Source: Okamejei kenojei (lineage: Eukaryota). From it: a stretch of 64,000 bases of DNA. The position numbers and the translations under genes are program-made. How positions within the stretch are numbered: position 1 is the first letter of the stretch; each line of letters starts with the position of its first letter. The notes under the pieces are model-generated. The model saw only the letters and a program-made list of their open reading frames with translations, made no database searches and was not told the origin of the DNA. Shown here piece after piece: positions 24,629 to 37,327 of this stretch. Location: the NCBI GenBank assembly GCA_035221665.1, contig CM069150.1, forward strand, positions 9,114,001 through 9,178,000. The letters run 5' to 3'.

Positions 24629-25145
24629 TCAGTACCCCGTTCCTGCCTTCTCACCATATCCTCTGACTCTGCTATCTTTAAGAGCTCTATCTAACTCTCT
24701 CTTGAAAGCATCCAGAGAATTGGCCTCCACTGCCTTCTGAGGCAGAGAATTCCACAGATTCACAATTCTCTGGATTAAAAAGTTTTTCCTCATCTCTGTT
24801 CGAAATGGACTACCCCTTATTCTTAAACTGTGGCCCCTGGTTCTGGACTCCCCCAACATCGGGAACCTGTTTCCTGCCTCTAGCGTGTCCAATTCCTTAA
24901 TAATCTTATATGTTTCAATAAGATCCCCTCTCATCCTTCTAACTTTCAGAGTATACAAGCCCAGCCGCACCATTTTATCAACATATGACAGTTCCGCCAT
25001 CCTGGGAATTAACCTCGCGAACCTATGTTAGAATGTAAGAATGTCCTTCCTCAAATTTGGAGACCAAAACTGCACAAAATACTCCAGGTGTGGTCTCACT
25101 AGGGCCCTTTACAACTGCAGAAGGACCTCTTTGCTCCTATACTCA
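24629..25145 (-). mobile_element. CR1 LINE 3' end
   Basis: RLGLYTLKVRRMRGDLIETYKII...VNLWNSLPQKAVEANSLDAFKRELDR. Confidence 0.93.
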
Positions 25146-25523
25146 ACAAGATGATCACCCCCTTTGTATTTCTCAAATCCACCCATACAGCCTCACTGGA
25201 CGAACCATCAGTATGTCATCTCAGACCACCGCCGTGACATTCCCCTTAATCAAATAAAGCAACATCTCCTCCTCTTTTACCCCAACCTCAATCTCTCCGG
25301 TAGCAGCTGTACCCTGGAACATTAAGCTGCCGATCCAGTTGTATAGTCAGTAATTTATTTTATTGAACTTACTCTTGAGGATGAACCTTACTTTTGGGCC
25401 TTGAAGCTTTCAGTTTGAAATTTGTCAACATATTTAGGAGAGGGGTAGTGAAAACTAGGAACAGAAAGAGATTGAGGGATATTTTGCATTACAGGCCTGA
25501 TTAATTTTTAATATGCCACTCAG

Positions 25524-25639
25524 CACGATGATGACGATGGGGATGGTGAAGATGATGCGGAGGTGCAGCAGGAATGCCTGCAGAAGTTCTCCAGTCGCGA
25601 TTACATAATGGAGCCACCTATCTTCAACACATTGAAAAG
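25524..25639 (+). CDS. NELFCD: NELFCD exon 2
   Basis: cag|HDDDDGDGEDDAEVQQECLQKFSSRDYIMEPPIFNTLK(R)|gtaacc; 116 nt. Confidence 0.96.
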
Positions 25640-26244
25640 GTAACCGACCTATGCAATTATAGACAAGTAAGAAACACAACCCTAATAGGTAAAAGCAACA
25701 AATAGTCCCGGTGATTTAAAAGGATTATGGGGGAGAGGGCACTGGTGGGTTTAAAAGGAGCACAGGAGATTTGCTATGAATTTAAACGGAGCGTGGGGGG
25801 CAGACCTGGCAAGTGTAAATGAGGTGTGAGATGCACAATCTTGGTGAGCACAAAAGCAAGGGATGCATAGTTACATTAAATTATCAAGTATGGGAAAAAT
25901 TAGTTTAAATAAGAGCTGGAGATCTTAACAATTTTGTTCAAGGTAGTTAAAAACATTGTAATCTACTAGTGGCAGTACTTTAAGAATATTCCTAATCTAT
26001 TACATAGAGCCAGGATACATCTTGTATTCTGAACAACCACTGGCTCATAAGTGTCAGCAGGAGGAACCCATCAGACATAGCACTTGGGGAACAGCTGATC
26101 TGACTATTGTCCATCCATGATACTGCATGTTTCATAAATAGCACATCTCAGTTGGGACGAGTGCAGTCAGAGAGGGAATGAATAATTGCTAGACAGACGA
26201 AAAGGAGCAGGCATAGACCATTCATAAGTTCCTAAGTCATCTTC

Positions 26245-26650
26245 TCCCTCCCAAACTGTAGGTTGAATTGCTTTTACCATAGTGTTCTTGACTGCAAGCT
26301 GCTCGAAGAAGTAATCTCGTAGAGCATTCTACAAATTCCTTCTCTTGATCCAGTAACAACCTGATTTTCCCAGTCTACGTGCATGTTGCAATCCCCCCTG
26401 ACCACTGTAACATTGCCCGTCATACACCCTGTTTGTATCTCCTGATGTAATTTGTATGCTACATCCGGGCTACTGTTCGGAGGTCTGTATGTATTTCCCA
26501 TCGTCTTTTCACCTTTGCAGTTTCTTAGCTCTACCTAAGGGATTCTACATCTTCTGATCCGATGTCCTCTCTTGCTAAGGACTGAATTTTGTTCCTTACC
26601 AGCAGAACTACCCCACCCCCTTTACCTACCTGTCGTTTTGATATGATGCA
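26245..26650 (-). mobile_element. CR1 endonuclease-domain fragment
   Basis: YRPPNSS...VVRGDCNMHVDWENQ. Confidence 0.8.
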
Positions 26651-28073
26651 TCCCTCCATTCATCTCTCATGCTTGTTTTGTCTTTTAACAAGGTTGTGGC
26701 CAATGTGATCTTACCTCAACGCTGCATTCTGGACAACCCACGGTGTCCTTTTCCTCTTTTACTATCAATAATCTATATACCCTGCATTAAAAGTACATAA
26801 TTCTGCTTCCAGCATCTCTTGGGAAAAAGGGTTCAAATAATTAATAATCTTCTGTGAGAGAAAAAAAAACATTGTCTGACCTCTGCCTTAAATGGCCAAC
26901 TTATTTTTAAACGGTGATCTCTAATTCTAGATTCTTCCTCTGGTTGAAACATCCTATGCACATCTAACATGTCAAAACCGTGTGTGAACTTCTATCTTTC
27001 AATCTAATCTCCTCGCATGCTTCCAAAACCCAGCAAATTTAAACCCTACCTTTGCAACCTTTCCTCACTAAGAAACTCGTTAATTTCAATTATCAATCTA
27101 ATAAACCTCTGAACTGCTTTCATTGCATTAACAACCTTCCTTACAACGAGACAAATATTGTGCCCAATTCTCCCGGATGAGGCATTACCAATATTCCTAT
27201 AATTGAAGCATAAGCTCCTACTTTTGTATTCAATTTCCCAAGCAGTTAATGATGGCATTCTGTTATTTTTCCTGTTTACTTCTTGTACCTGCGTGCAAAC
27301 CTTTTATGACTCGAGCACCAGAAATTCAATTTAGTTTTGGATAACATCTTGGACTATTTTTCAGTGAGGGCACCAGAACAGAATAACTGCCATAGCTTCT
27401 GCCAACCATTCTTGGAAACTATTTGAAACTGCAACTTAATGCAAACTCCTCATTTGACATTTTTTATCCCCCCAAAATTTAACTTGCTTCTTTTATCCTC
27501 TTTTCAGACTGCTTGCTGACCTCGTGCTGTCTCCCTTAATGCATATCAAAAGCTGGTTTACTAAAAATCATGTGAATTTGTATTCATGACCACAGTGTGG
27601 CGCCAAACCTTCTGCCATTTTATCTAACATCGGAATAGCAATTCTATTATTCAACAAAATCCATAATGGATTTGTCAATGAGTCAAAAAAAAAATTAACA
27701 ACATATACATTCCAGATTGATTTATAACCGGAAATCACCCTCATTGATTACAATTATTTATTGATGACCTAATACATTTGCAGAGGTGTTGGTTAGGTGT
27801 AAATTATTTTCAAAGTTTTTAATTCTCTTCCAGTTGAGTTATTCCTGATATGCAGATATCAATCAGTTGACCCTGTGAAAAATATTGTGCCCACCTTTTC
27901 TATAAAAACTGTCTTTGATGTGTAACACATCTTCTGGATTGATTTTCAAGCAGCTTTTTAGCAAAAGTCACAAAGTGCAGACAAGTCACGTCACTCACAT
28001 TCGGAGCTACCTTCTACTTTAATATACACATGCTCACACCTAGAGCTGATGTAAAACTGTACAAGAATCATGT

Positions 28074-28360
28074 GGGGGCACGGTGGCGTAGCGGTAGAGT
28101 TGCTGCTTTACGGTGCCAGAGGCCCGGGTTTGATCCTGACTACAGGTGCTGTCTGTATGGAGTTTGTACGCGTGGGTTTTCTCCTGGTGCTCCAGTTTCC
28201 TCCCACATTCCAAAGCCGTACACGTTTGCAGCTTAATTTGGCATCGTAAAAAATTGTAAATTGCCCTTAGTGTGTAGGATATCCTAGTGTATGGGAATTG
28301 CTGGTCGCCGCAGACTCTGTGGGCCGAAGAGCCTGAGTCGGCAATGTATCTCTAAACTAA
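28074..28360 (+). mobile_element. HE1-type (V-SINE) tRNA-derived SINE with CR1-like tail
   Basis: A box tggcgtagcgg, B box ggtttgatcc, gtgggttttctcctggtgctccagtttcctcccaca core, tail gggccgaag...tgtatctctaaactaa. Confidence 0.85.
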
Positions 28361-28702
28361 TATGATATTGATTAGCATGAACGGATTGGAATGATGGTTG
28401 TGATTTAGTAAGGGGAAAGTGGGATATGATAGTGGCTGAGATCAGGCCAAATGGGACTTTGGGCTGATAATGTCCGAGCATGACTTCTCATAAGGCGAGA
28501 CCTTATGATGCATGGGACTAATTTGAGCCTGGAGCATATTGAGAGATATTACTGACAAAACAGAGGCAAATAGATGTGAGATTAATGATTCTAATCTGTG
28601 TAGTATATAACACTGATTTAGCCTGAATTACATGGGATATGATGTTGATTGACTTTTGGTTTGGATGATGAGCTAGTGATTGTGTCTCCTTTGCTTTCTT
28701 AG

Positions 28703-28812
28703 ATATTTCCAGGCAGGGGGCTCTCCAGAGCATGTGATCCAAATGCTTTCTGAGAATTACACGGCAGTAGCACAGACTGTAAATCTGCTGGCAGAGTGGC
28801 TTATCCAGACAG
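28703..28812 (+). CDS. NELFCD: NELFCD exon 3
   Basis: tag|[36 protein letters not shown](G)|gtaatc; 110 nt. Confidence 0.97.
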
Positions 28813-30587
28813 GTAATCCTCAGTTAGCACTGGCTAAACTGGAACAACCACAGTTTTCAAAATGAACTTCCATTTTTGACTACAACTCACTAATCCTCAG
28901 GAGTTATCAAATTCTACCTCCTGTGTCACTCTTTTGAGATGATGTTTTGTTTGTGTTGGCCTGCACCGCATTGCCCTCAGCAATTTAAGTGTGTGTTAAT
29001 AGGGTTTCATGTACAACCCTCCTCTCCCTCAATCAACCTTTAAGGGTGAGTGAAAAGGCATGTCACCCTCTTCCAGTGTGAGTTTGTTTTCTCTCTATTC
29101 TAGCTATGTCCCCAGTAATACACCAACTGTGTAATGCCTCCTTATCAGATCCTCAGTCTTGAATGCTAAATTCCAGATAAAATTGTTTTAGTGACATTGT
29201 TTATTTGATATAATTCCCCCTGCTTGACCTGTTCAAATTATGGTGGAAGGAACAAGGCAATATGGAATTTTATTAAAAAGGCTACCATTGAAGCAGAAAA
29301 TAATAGTTTTCTATTTCAAAGAATATTCAATCCATTGTTGGTTTATTCTAATTTCTGTTACTATTTATGTTGCAATGTGATCCTTTGATTTAATTGTGTT
29401 ATAGAATCCTGTAGTCTCAGTGTATTGTTTGTAGAATTCTTGCTTCCAGAAAGGATGTTGCATCAAAATATATTTTATCTTCTTTTTTGCTATTCTATCT
29501 CGAATTTCATGGATCCCCATGCTTTTATTATAATTCCCTCAATTTGTATTTCATCTTCAATGAAGTAATTCCCACTCTGTTCCTGTCCCGCTTCAGAAAT
29601 GGTCCATTTAGTTTAGTTTAGCTTATTGTCACGTGTCACTTTGGCCACATTTCCAAATGTCATGTAATTTGCAAACTCTGAAGTATCCTTGCTGTGCCTC
29701 TATACCTAAAGGTTATTAAAATAGACCAATAATGACTGATGTACTTTTGTTGACCCCTGAAAGACATAATTCTTAATAACTATTTATTATTTTTCATACC
29801 TTTTCTTAATCAATTTTGAATCCATTCTGCTACTAGATCTTGACTCCCCATTGTTATAGTTTTGGTATTATTTAGCAGGTACCTGAAATTCCTGTTTCAA
29901 GGAGTACCTGTCTACATAATAGACTGTTTGGGTTATTCTGTCCACTTGAGAAGTGCCTGTGAATTTGCCTCATGAGATCAAGTCTGTAGAGCCCTTCTGT
30001 GTACGATCCTTTCCTTGTGCATCAGTGGGTTGAGTTGGAGATGGCGGTTCTATTAATGCCTCATATCCAAGCAATGGTTTTTCATGCAGAAGCCGTAATG
30101 GTGAATGCTGGAGACTAAATGTCTAGGAGGAGACAAAATAGACTAAGGAATCATATTGCATTATCATATTATCAAATATTTTTTTCCACACGTCATCAAA
30201 ATAGAAATGTGGGCTCAGAATCCTAACTTTTTCATCCTCCTGGGAAATTGTAAAGAAACATACTGTACCTTTTCTCTGAGATTTGGTGAAACTATTTGAG
30301 TTTTACTGACCCCCTTGTATATCCTAGATTATGATGTACAAAACCTTAGTTTTGATTAAGTTAGGTTGCTTCCACTCCAAATAAATCCTTAGACTTCCAT
30401 AGGTCAGACTGTATCCTGCAAGTTGTATTTGGTTGCATAGAGCATTTGGGTAGTTAAGCTTATATTTCTGTTTTGTTTTCACTCAGCAGGTCAGGTGGCT
30501 TCCATGGAAAGAGAATCAGATTTAATATTTCAGGTCAAAGACCCCTCACCAGAACTGAAACCTTGTGGTCTGTATCATCTTTTTCAG

Positions 30588-30697
30588 GGGTGGAACCATC
30601 ACATGTACAGGAAACTGTGGAAAACCATTTGAAGAGTTTGCTCATTAAGCACTTTGATCCTCGGAAAGCCGATTCCATTTTCACAGAGGAGGGGGAG
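30588..30697 (+). CDS. NELFCD: NELFCD exon 4
   Basis: cag|[36 protein letters not shown]|gtaatt; 110 nt. Confidence 0.97.
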
Positions 30698-30723
30698 GTA
30701 ATTTTCTGAATGCTTTTCAAAAG

Positions 30724-30872
30724 TAGGACACAGACAAAAGACATACTGGAAAACCCATGCAAGTCATGGGGAGCATGTACAAACTCTGTACAGACCACAC
30801 CAATAGTCAGGATCGAACCCGGGCCTCTGGTGCTGTAAGGCAGCAACTGTACTGCTGCGTCACCATTACACC
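30724..30872 (-). mobile_element. HE1-type SINE head
   Basis: Reverse complement of ggtgacgcagcagtacagttgctgccttacagcaccagaggcccgggttcgatcctgac. Confidence 0.8.
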
Positions 30873-31449
30873 CCCTTGATTTAGAAACAAATGACAGTTA
30901 TAATCATCATAACTGATGTCACAATTTTCTTGCAATGGATTAGTCAGTAAATTAATGAATGAATGAATAAGTTTATTGGCCAAGTATTCACATACAAGGA
31001 ATTTGCCTTGGTGCTCTGCCCGCAAGTGACAACATGACATACAGTGACAGTTAGGAATGACACATAAAACATTAAACATTAATAATAAAACATTATTAAT
31101 TAAACATGTGAATTAAATAAAATACCAGAGCAAAAGGAGGCTACTGATTTTTGGTTAATGAGTAGAGCAACTACTCGTGGAAAAAAGCTGGTTTTATGTC
31201 TGGCTGTGGCAGCTTTGACAGTCCGGAGTCGCCTTCCAGAGGGAAGTGCAATGCCTCTGCATCAGGCATGTTTTTCAGGTTTTCAAGCTAATCAATGTGC
31301 CAAGCATGAAGGTTCTATCTGAACAAGCTCTCCTTCATGGTCCAAGTTCATCCGATGTTCATGAACTTAAATATCCTATTTCAAGCAACTGGAAAATACT
31401 TCATTATCCTAATTACACATTCTATTAATTAACCAACCATAAAGAAACA

Positions 31450-31900
31450 AGGGCGCAGCGGTAGAGCTGCTGCTTCATAGTGGCAGACACCTGGGTTTGA
31501 TTGTGATCTCAGGTTCTGTCTGTGTGGAGTCTGCACCGTTTCCCTGTAACTACTTTGTTTCCTCCAGGTGCTCCGATATCCTCCGACATCCTAAAGATGT
31601 GCGGGTTTGTAGGCTAATTGTTTTCCGTAAATTGCTCCAGGTGTGCAGGGAGTGGTTACGAAAGTGGGTTAATATAGTGTTCAGGAAGGAACTGCAGATG
31701 CTGGAAAATCAAAGGTAGACAAAAATGCTGGAGAAACAGTGCCTATTTCCTTCGCTCCATAGATGCTGCCGTACCACAGTTTCTCCAGCAATTTTGTCTA
31801 CCATGGGTTAATATAGAACTAGAATGAATGGATAATCAATGGTTAGCATGGATTCGGTGGGCCAAAGGGCCTGCTTCATGCTGTATATTTAAACTAACCT
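31450..31900 (+). mobile_element. HE1-type SINE with a nested Penelope-terminus fragment (~31677-31803)
   Basis: ggcgcagcggtagagctgctgc head and gggccaaagggcctg tail; the tgggttaatatag motif is repeated either side of the insert. Confidence 0.75.
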
Positions 31901-34089
31901 AAAAACCCAGTTTGTAGTTGTGTCTCTTCCTTATTTTTGGCTTGATACGAGTGTTGTTGGCTATCCTGTTGAGACATCTGTTGCAGATGGGAAGTTCAGC
32001 CCATTTTAAAAGCACCAATTTAAGTGATATGATGGCTTTACACATCTGAAGATGTCAACACCAGACTTGCCCTTTCTCTTATCTCAGTTAACATGAGGAA
32101 TTTACTTATTTCTTGGAAGAGTGTGGCCAGGCCTTATTAATTCACGAAGAAACTAAACTGTTGCCTTTAGAGCATTGGTTAAATATTATTGAATCTTTTA
32201 AAGTTTGCTATTTCTGATTACTTCTTTTTTTGTACAACTTCCTCTCTGACCAAACTATCTCGACAAATACTACATTTTGTGGTATATTTTATTCAATATA
32301 TGGGTACTTCAACCTTTCAGCATATGCTTCTACCAAATAATGCATAATCCTACAGTCAACATATTATTGCCACTTCTCTGCACAGCTTGTTGCCACAAGG
32401 AGACTCATTGCTTTGATCCTCCTCAATTGCCTCCTCTTAGTGACCTAATTCTTTCTCTGTGACTCGGAGTGCAAAAATATAGAGATGGACATGATTTTTA
32501 TCAAATGTTTACTCCAAAAAAAACTGCGGCAAGCCAGATCAACAACTGGACTTGGCCTTTCTCAAACTCACAATAACCTTCAGTTCTCTTGATGGGGAAA
32601 CAGTGTGGCAAATTCTTCTTCACTAACCTCAGAAATGTATCTCTATTTTATATCCACTATATGATGACAGGCCATTTCGGCCAGGATTGACTTAATCCAA
32701 ATGCAGATGGGGTTGAAGCAAAGCTGTATCATTACTGCAGCATTCTCAAACCTTCTTGCCACATTATTCCACGCCATCTTCAGCAAACAGCCTGCTGGAA
32801 TGGATCTAATCTACAGGACAACTAGAGAAGTGTTCAACCTTTAACCACTCTACTTGTAAACCAAGGACATGCCAACTGCAGCCATTAAGCCACAGTATGC
32901 AGATACTCGGAGGCTGAGCTCTAAGACATCATTAACTTATTTCACTGGAATATGAGAGAATAGGATCTGCACTAACCATTCATAATATGAAGATCTTCTA
33001 CCAACCTTTCCCTGCTGCACTACTTTGTTCCCTGTTTTTGAAGGTCAGTGATGAAACCAGATATCTGCAGATCATGTTCCATATCACAGGAACCATCAGA
33101 ATGAAAAAGGAAGTCAATGATAAAATTTGCCACTACTTCCAGTTTGACAGCTGTGGCCATCTGCGGCCTATTGAGGGGCAGGCTTGTACCTTTCCCTCGA
33201 AAATTATCCTGATTCAATCTAATACTCCCCTCTTACTCCATTTATCCAGCCACATTTTCATAACGAAACATAAAGTAAATGCCCTCAAATGCCCACTGGA
33301 TTAGGGAACTACATACTCTCTATTGTATACAAAGAGTGTGTGGGATTTTATGTTAATGGTATATACAGAAAATGAGAGGGCAGGTTCTTTTGTTAATAAA
33401 AATGTATCACAATCATAAGCTGGAAAGAGTGCAGAGAAGATTTACGAGGATGTTGCTAGGATTATGAGCTATCGAGAGAGGTTGGGTAGGCTAGGACCTT
33501 ACTCATTGGAGGAGCGCAGGAGGATAAGGGGTGATCTTATTGAAGTGTATAAGATCCTAATGGGAATAGACAGGGTAAATGCATAGACATAAAATGCTAG
33601 CGTAACTCAGTGGGACAGGCAGCATTTCTGGAGAGAAGGAATAGGTGACATTTCAGATCGAGACCGTTCTTCAGACATATTGGTCTTTTACCCGATATAA
33701 TAATAGAATATACAACTAGGGGACATAGGTTTAAGGTGAAGTGGGAAAGATTTATTAGATACCTGAAAGGCAACTTTTTCACACAGAGGGTGTGGGTATG
33801 TGGAATTGGCTTCCAGAGGAAGTAGTTGAGGCAGGTACTATTTCAACATTTAAACGGCATTTGGACAGGTACAGTGGCTTGCAAAAGTTGTCATACCCCT
33901 TGAACTTTTCCACATTTTGTCACGTTACAACCACAAACGTAAATGTATTTTATTGGGATTTCATGTGATAGACCAACACAAAGTGGTGCATAATTGTGAA
34001 GTGGAAGGAAAATGATACATGGTTTCCATATTTTATTACAAATAAAAAACTGAAAAGTGTGGCGTGCAAAAGTATTCAGCCCCCCGAGT

Positions 34090-35046
34090 CAATACTTTGT
34101 AGAACCACCTTTCGCTGCAATTACAGCTGCAAGTCTTTTGGGGTATATCTCTACCAGCTTTGCACATCTAGAGACTGAAATTTTTGCCCATTCTTCTTTG
34201 CAAATAGCTCAAGCTCAGTCAGATTGGATGAAGAGCATCTGTGAACATCAATTTTCAAGTCTTGCCAGAGATTCTCAATTGGATTTAGGTCTGGCTGTAT
34301 GTTTAGGGTCATTGTCCTGCTGGAAGGTGAACCTCCACCCCAGTCTCAAGTCTTTTGCAGACTCTTGGAAACAAGTTTTCTTCAAAGATTGCCCTGTATT
34401 TAGCTCCATCCATCTTCCCATCAACTCTGACCAGCTTCCCTGTCCGTGCTGAGGAAAAGCATCCCCACAGCATGATGCTGCCACCACCATGTTTCACAGA
34501 GGGGATGGTGTGTTCAGGGTGATGTGCAGTGTTAGTTTTCCACCACACATAGCTTTTTGCATTTATGCCAAAAACTTCAACTTTGGTCTCATCAGACCAG
34601 AGCACCATCCTCCACATGTTTGCTGTGTCCCCCACATGGCTTGTGGCAAACTGCAAATGGGACTTCTTATGGCTTTGTTTCAACAATGGCTTTCTTCTTG
34701 CCACTCTTCCATAAAGGCCCGATTTGTGGAGTGCACGACTAATAGTTGTCCTGTGGACAGATTCTCCCACCTGAGCTGTGGATCTCTGCAGCTCCTCCAG
34801 AGTTACCATGGGCCTCTTGGCTGCTTCTCTGATCAATGCGCTCCTTGCCCGGCCTGTCAGTTTAGGTGGATGGCCATGTCTTGGTAGGTTTGCAGTTGTG
34901 CCATACTCTTTCCATTTTCGGATGATGGATTGAACAGTGCTCCGTGAGATGTTCAAAGCTTGGGATATTTTTTTATAACCTAACCCTGCTTTAAACTTCT
35001 CCACAACTTTATCCCTGACCTGTCTGGTGTGTTCCTTGGGCTTCAT
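34090..35046 (-). pseudogene. Tc1 DD34E transposase, frameshifted and internally deleted
   Basis: MKPKEHTRQVRDKVV...VLWSDETK...KHGGGSIMLWGCF; FQQDNDPKHTAR and DLNPIENLW fall in shifted frames; C-terminus AVIAAKGGSTKY. Confidence 0.93.
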
Positions 35047-35118
35047 GATGCTATTTGTTCACTAATGTTCTCTAACAAACCTCTGAGGCCTTCACAGAAC
35101 AGCTGTATTTATACTGAG

Positions 35119-35836
35119 GGTACACAAAAGGCTGGAGAAACTCAGCGGGTGCAGCAGCATCTAAGGAGCGAAGGAGATAGGCGACGTTTCGGGTCGAGAC
35201 CCTTCTTCAGACTGGTCAGGGATCAGGGAAATGAGAGATATAGACGGTGATGTGGAGAGATAAAGAACAATGAATGAAAGATATGCAAAAAAGTATCGAT
35301 GATAAAGAGAACAAGCCATTGCAAGCTGTTTGTGGTGTGTAAATGAGAAGCTAGTGCGACTAGGGTGGGGGAGGGAGATAGAGAGAGAGGGAATGCCAGG
35401 GCCCGAGGGCTGAGGGAGAAGTGGGAAGGGGAGGAGACAGCAAGGGTTAACAGAATTGAGAAAATTCAATGTTCAAGCCCAGAGGATGCAGACTCCCCAC
35501 AGCGGAATATGAGGTGCTGTTCCTCCAACTTGCGGTGTTGCTCACTCTGGCCATGGAGGAGGCCCAGGACCGAGAGGTCGGATACGGAATGGGAGGGGGA
35601 GTTGAAGTGCTGAGCCACCGGGAGGTCGGCTTGGTTATTGCGGACCGAGCGGAGGTGTTCGGCAAAACGATCGCCAAGCCTCCGCTTGGTCTCACCGATA
35701 TAGATCATCTGGCATCTGGAGCAGCGGATGCAGTAGATGAGGTTGGAGGAGGTGCAGGTGAACCTCTGTCGGACCTGGAAGGACTGCTTGGGTCCCTGAA
35801 AGGAGTGGAGGGGGGAGGTGAAGGGACAAGTGTAGC
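35119..35836 (+). mobile_element. Penelope-like 3' fragment (coding on the minus strand) nested upstream of the Tc1 transposase start
   Basis: IYIGETKRRLGDRFAEHLRSVR on minus; perfect 12-bp TSD atttatactgag at 35107-35118 and 35837-35848. Confidence 0.9.
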
Positions 35837-36808
35837 ATTTATACTGAGATTAGATTACACACAAGTGGACTCTATTTACTAATTAGGTGACTTCTGAAGG
35901 CCATTGGTTGCACTGGATTTTATTTAGGGGTATCAGAGTAAAGGGGGCTGAATACTTTTGCACGCCACACTTTTCAATTTTTTATTTGTAAAAAAAATTG
36001 AAAAGCATGTATCATTTTCCTTCCACTTCACAATTATGCACCACTTTGTGTTGGTCTATCACATAAAATCCAAATAAAATACATTTACGTTTGTGGTTGT
36101 AATGCGACAAAATGTGGAAAAAGTTCAAGGGGTATGAAAACTTTTGCAAGCCACTGTACATGGATAGGAAAGGTTTAGAGGGATATGGACTAATGCGGGC
36201 AGGTTTGGCAAGTGCAGATGGGGCATCTTGTTCTACCTGGGCTGAAGGGCCTGTTTCTGTGCTCCATGACCACATTTTCTAAGATACCAGAGTAAGAAAA
36301 CATTTATGGCAAAAACGTGCAGGTTCCTATCTTATAGAAGAATAATTAAAAAAACAAAACATTACATGGATAGGACAGGTTTGGAGTTATATGAACCAAG
36401 CGCAGACAGGTGGGACGAGTGTAGCTGGACATGTTGGCCGGTGTGGGCAAGTAGGGCCGAAGGGCCTGTTTCCACACTGTATCACTCTTTGACTCTATGA
36501 CATGGCTGAACACCTGTCTCGCTGAGTTACTCCAGTTTATTATGTCTATTTTCTGTTCATTTTGTGGGCTATGATACCAGAAACTGATAACAAATTATGT
36601 CAGCCATGGTTCAGACCGTAGTACTCTGTAAACATTGTGGGTTTAGTATTTTACTCCATTCACTTGAGTAAGTCACCTTAACGGACGTTGTACTGTCTTG
36701 CTTTCCACTCCCACCCTAAACTGCATTACCCCTGCGGCTGCACAATTTTAAAGCTACACAAATCAAGTCAAGCTCTAGACCTCAATGTCGCAGCCACCCC
36801 ACAAAGTG

Positions 36809-37327
36809 GATGGAACGCTCACCGGTGTCTCCTATTTCTGCAGCTTTGCTGTCACTTACACTCCCTCTCCCCCGTATAGGCACAAGAATATTCAGCTAGT
36901 CCACGCCTTTCACCCCACCAGCGACAGGACCTTGGCTGGTAGAGGACGAAGCAAGCACGACGTATTAAATGTCTCTCGTTATCAGACATTCGAAAACAGT
37001 TGAAATAAATTTTAAATGTTTAATTACTTAAATTATTTTAAATGATTAAAAAATAACTTTACTTAACACATAGTAAAGTTTCAGAAATTAAATAAAACTG
37101 AGGAAAGTAAAGAAAACAAAACAAACAAGAAACCCACCCTTGCCTTAACAATTACAGCCTCTTGCAAGTACTTCAGCAAAAGCAGTTTCCATTCCCACCC
37201 CCACACTTGAGTCGTAGATGGAACGCTCACCGGTGTCTCCTATTTCTGCAGCTTTGCTGTCACTTTCACTCCCTCTCCCCCGTATAGGCACAAGAATATT
37301 CAGCTAGTCCTCGCCTTTCACCCCACC
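36809..37327 (+). repeat. 111-bp direct repeat flanking a 297-bp insert within an old Penelope fragment
   Basis: 36809-36919 vs 37217-37327 differ at 2 positions by eye; the Penelope remnant continues to ~38220. Confidence 0.9.

Larger units (their letters stand above)
33872..36156 (-). mobile_element. Tc1/mariner transposon with ~210-bp TIRs and TA TSD, inserted in a CR1 3' end
   Basis: ta|cagtggcttgcaaaagtt ... aacttttgcaagccactg|ta; host reads ttggacagg-ta-catggatagg. Confidence 0.96.

Noticed and set aside
28074-28150. tRNA gene
   Set aside because: The A/B boxes belong to an HE1-type SINE head that continues into SINE body and tail; no full cloverleaf
34309-35046. Active or domesticated Tc1 transposase
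   Set aside because: A frameshift precedes the second catalytic Asp and a deletion lies in the D34E spacer
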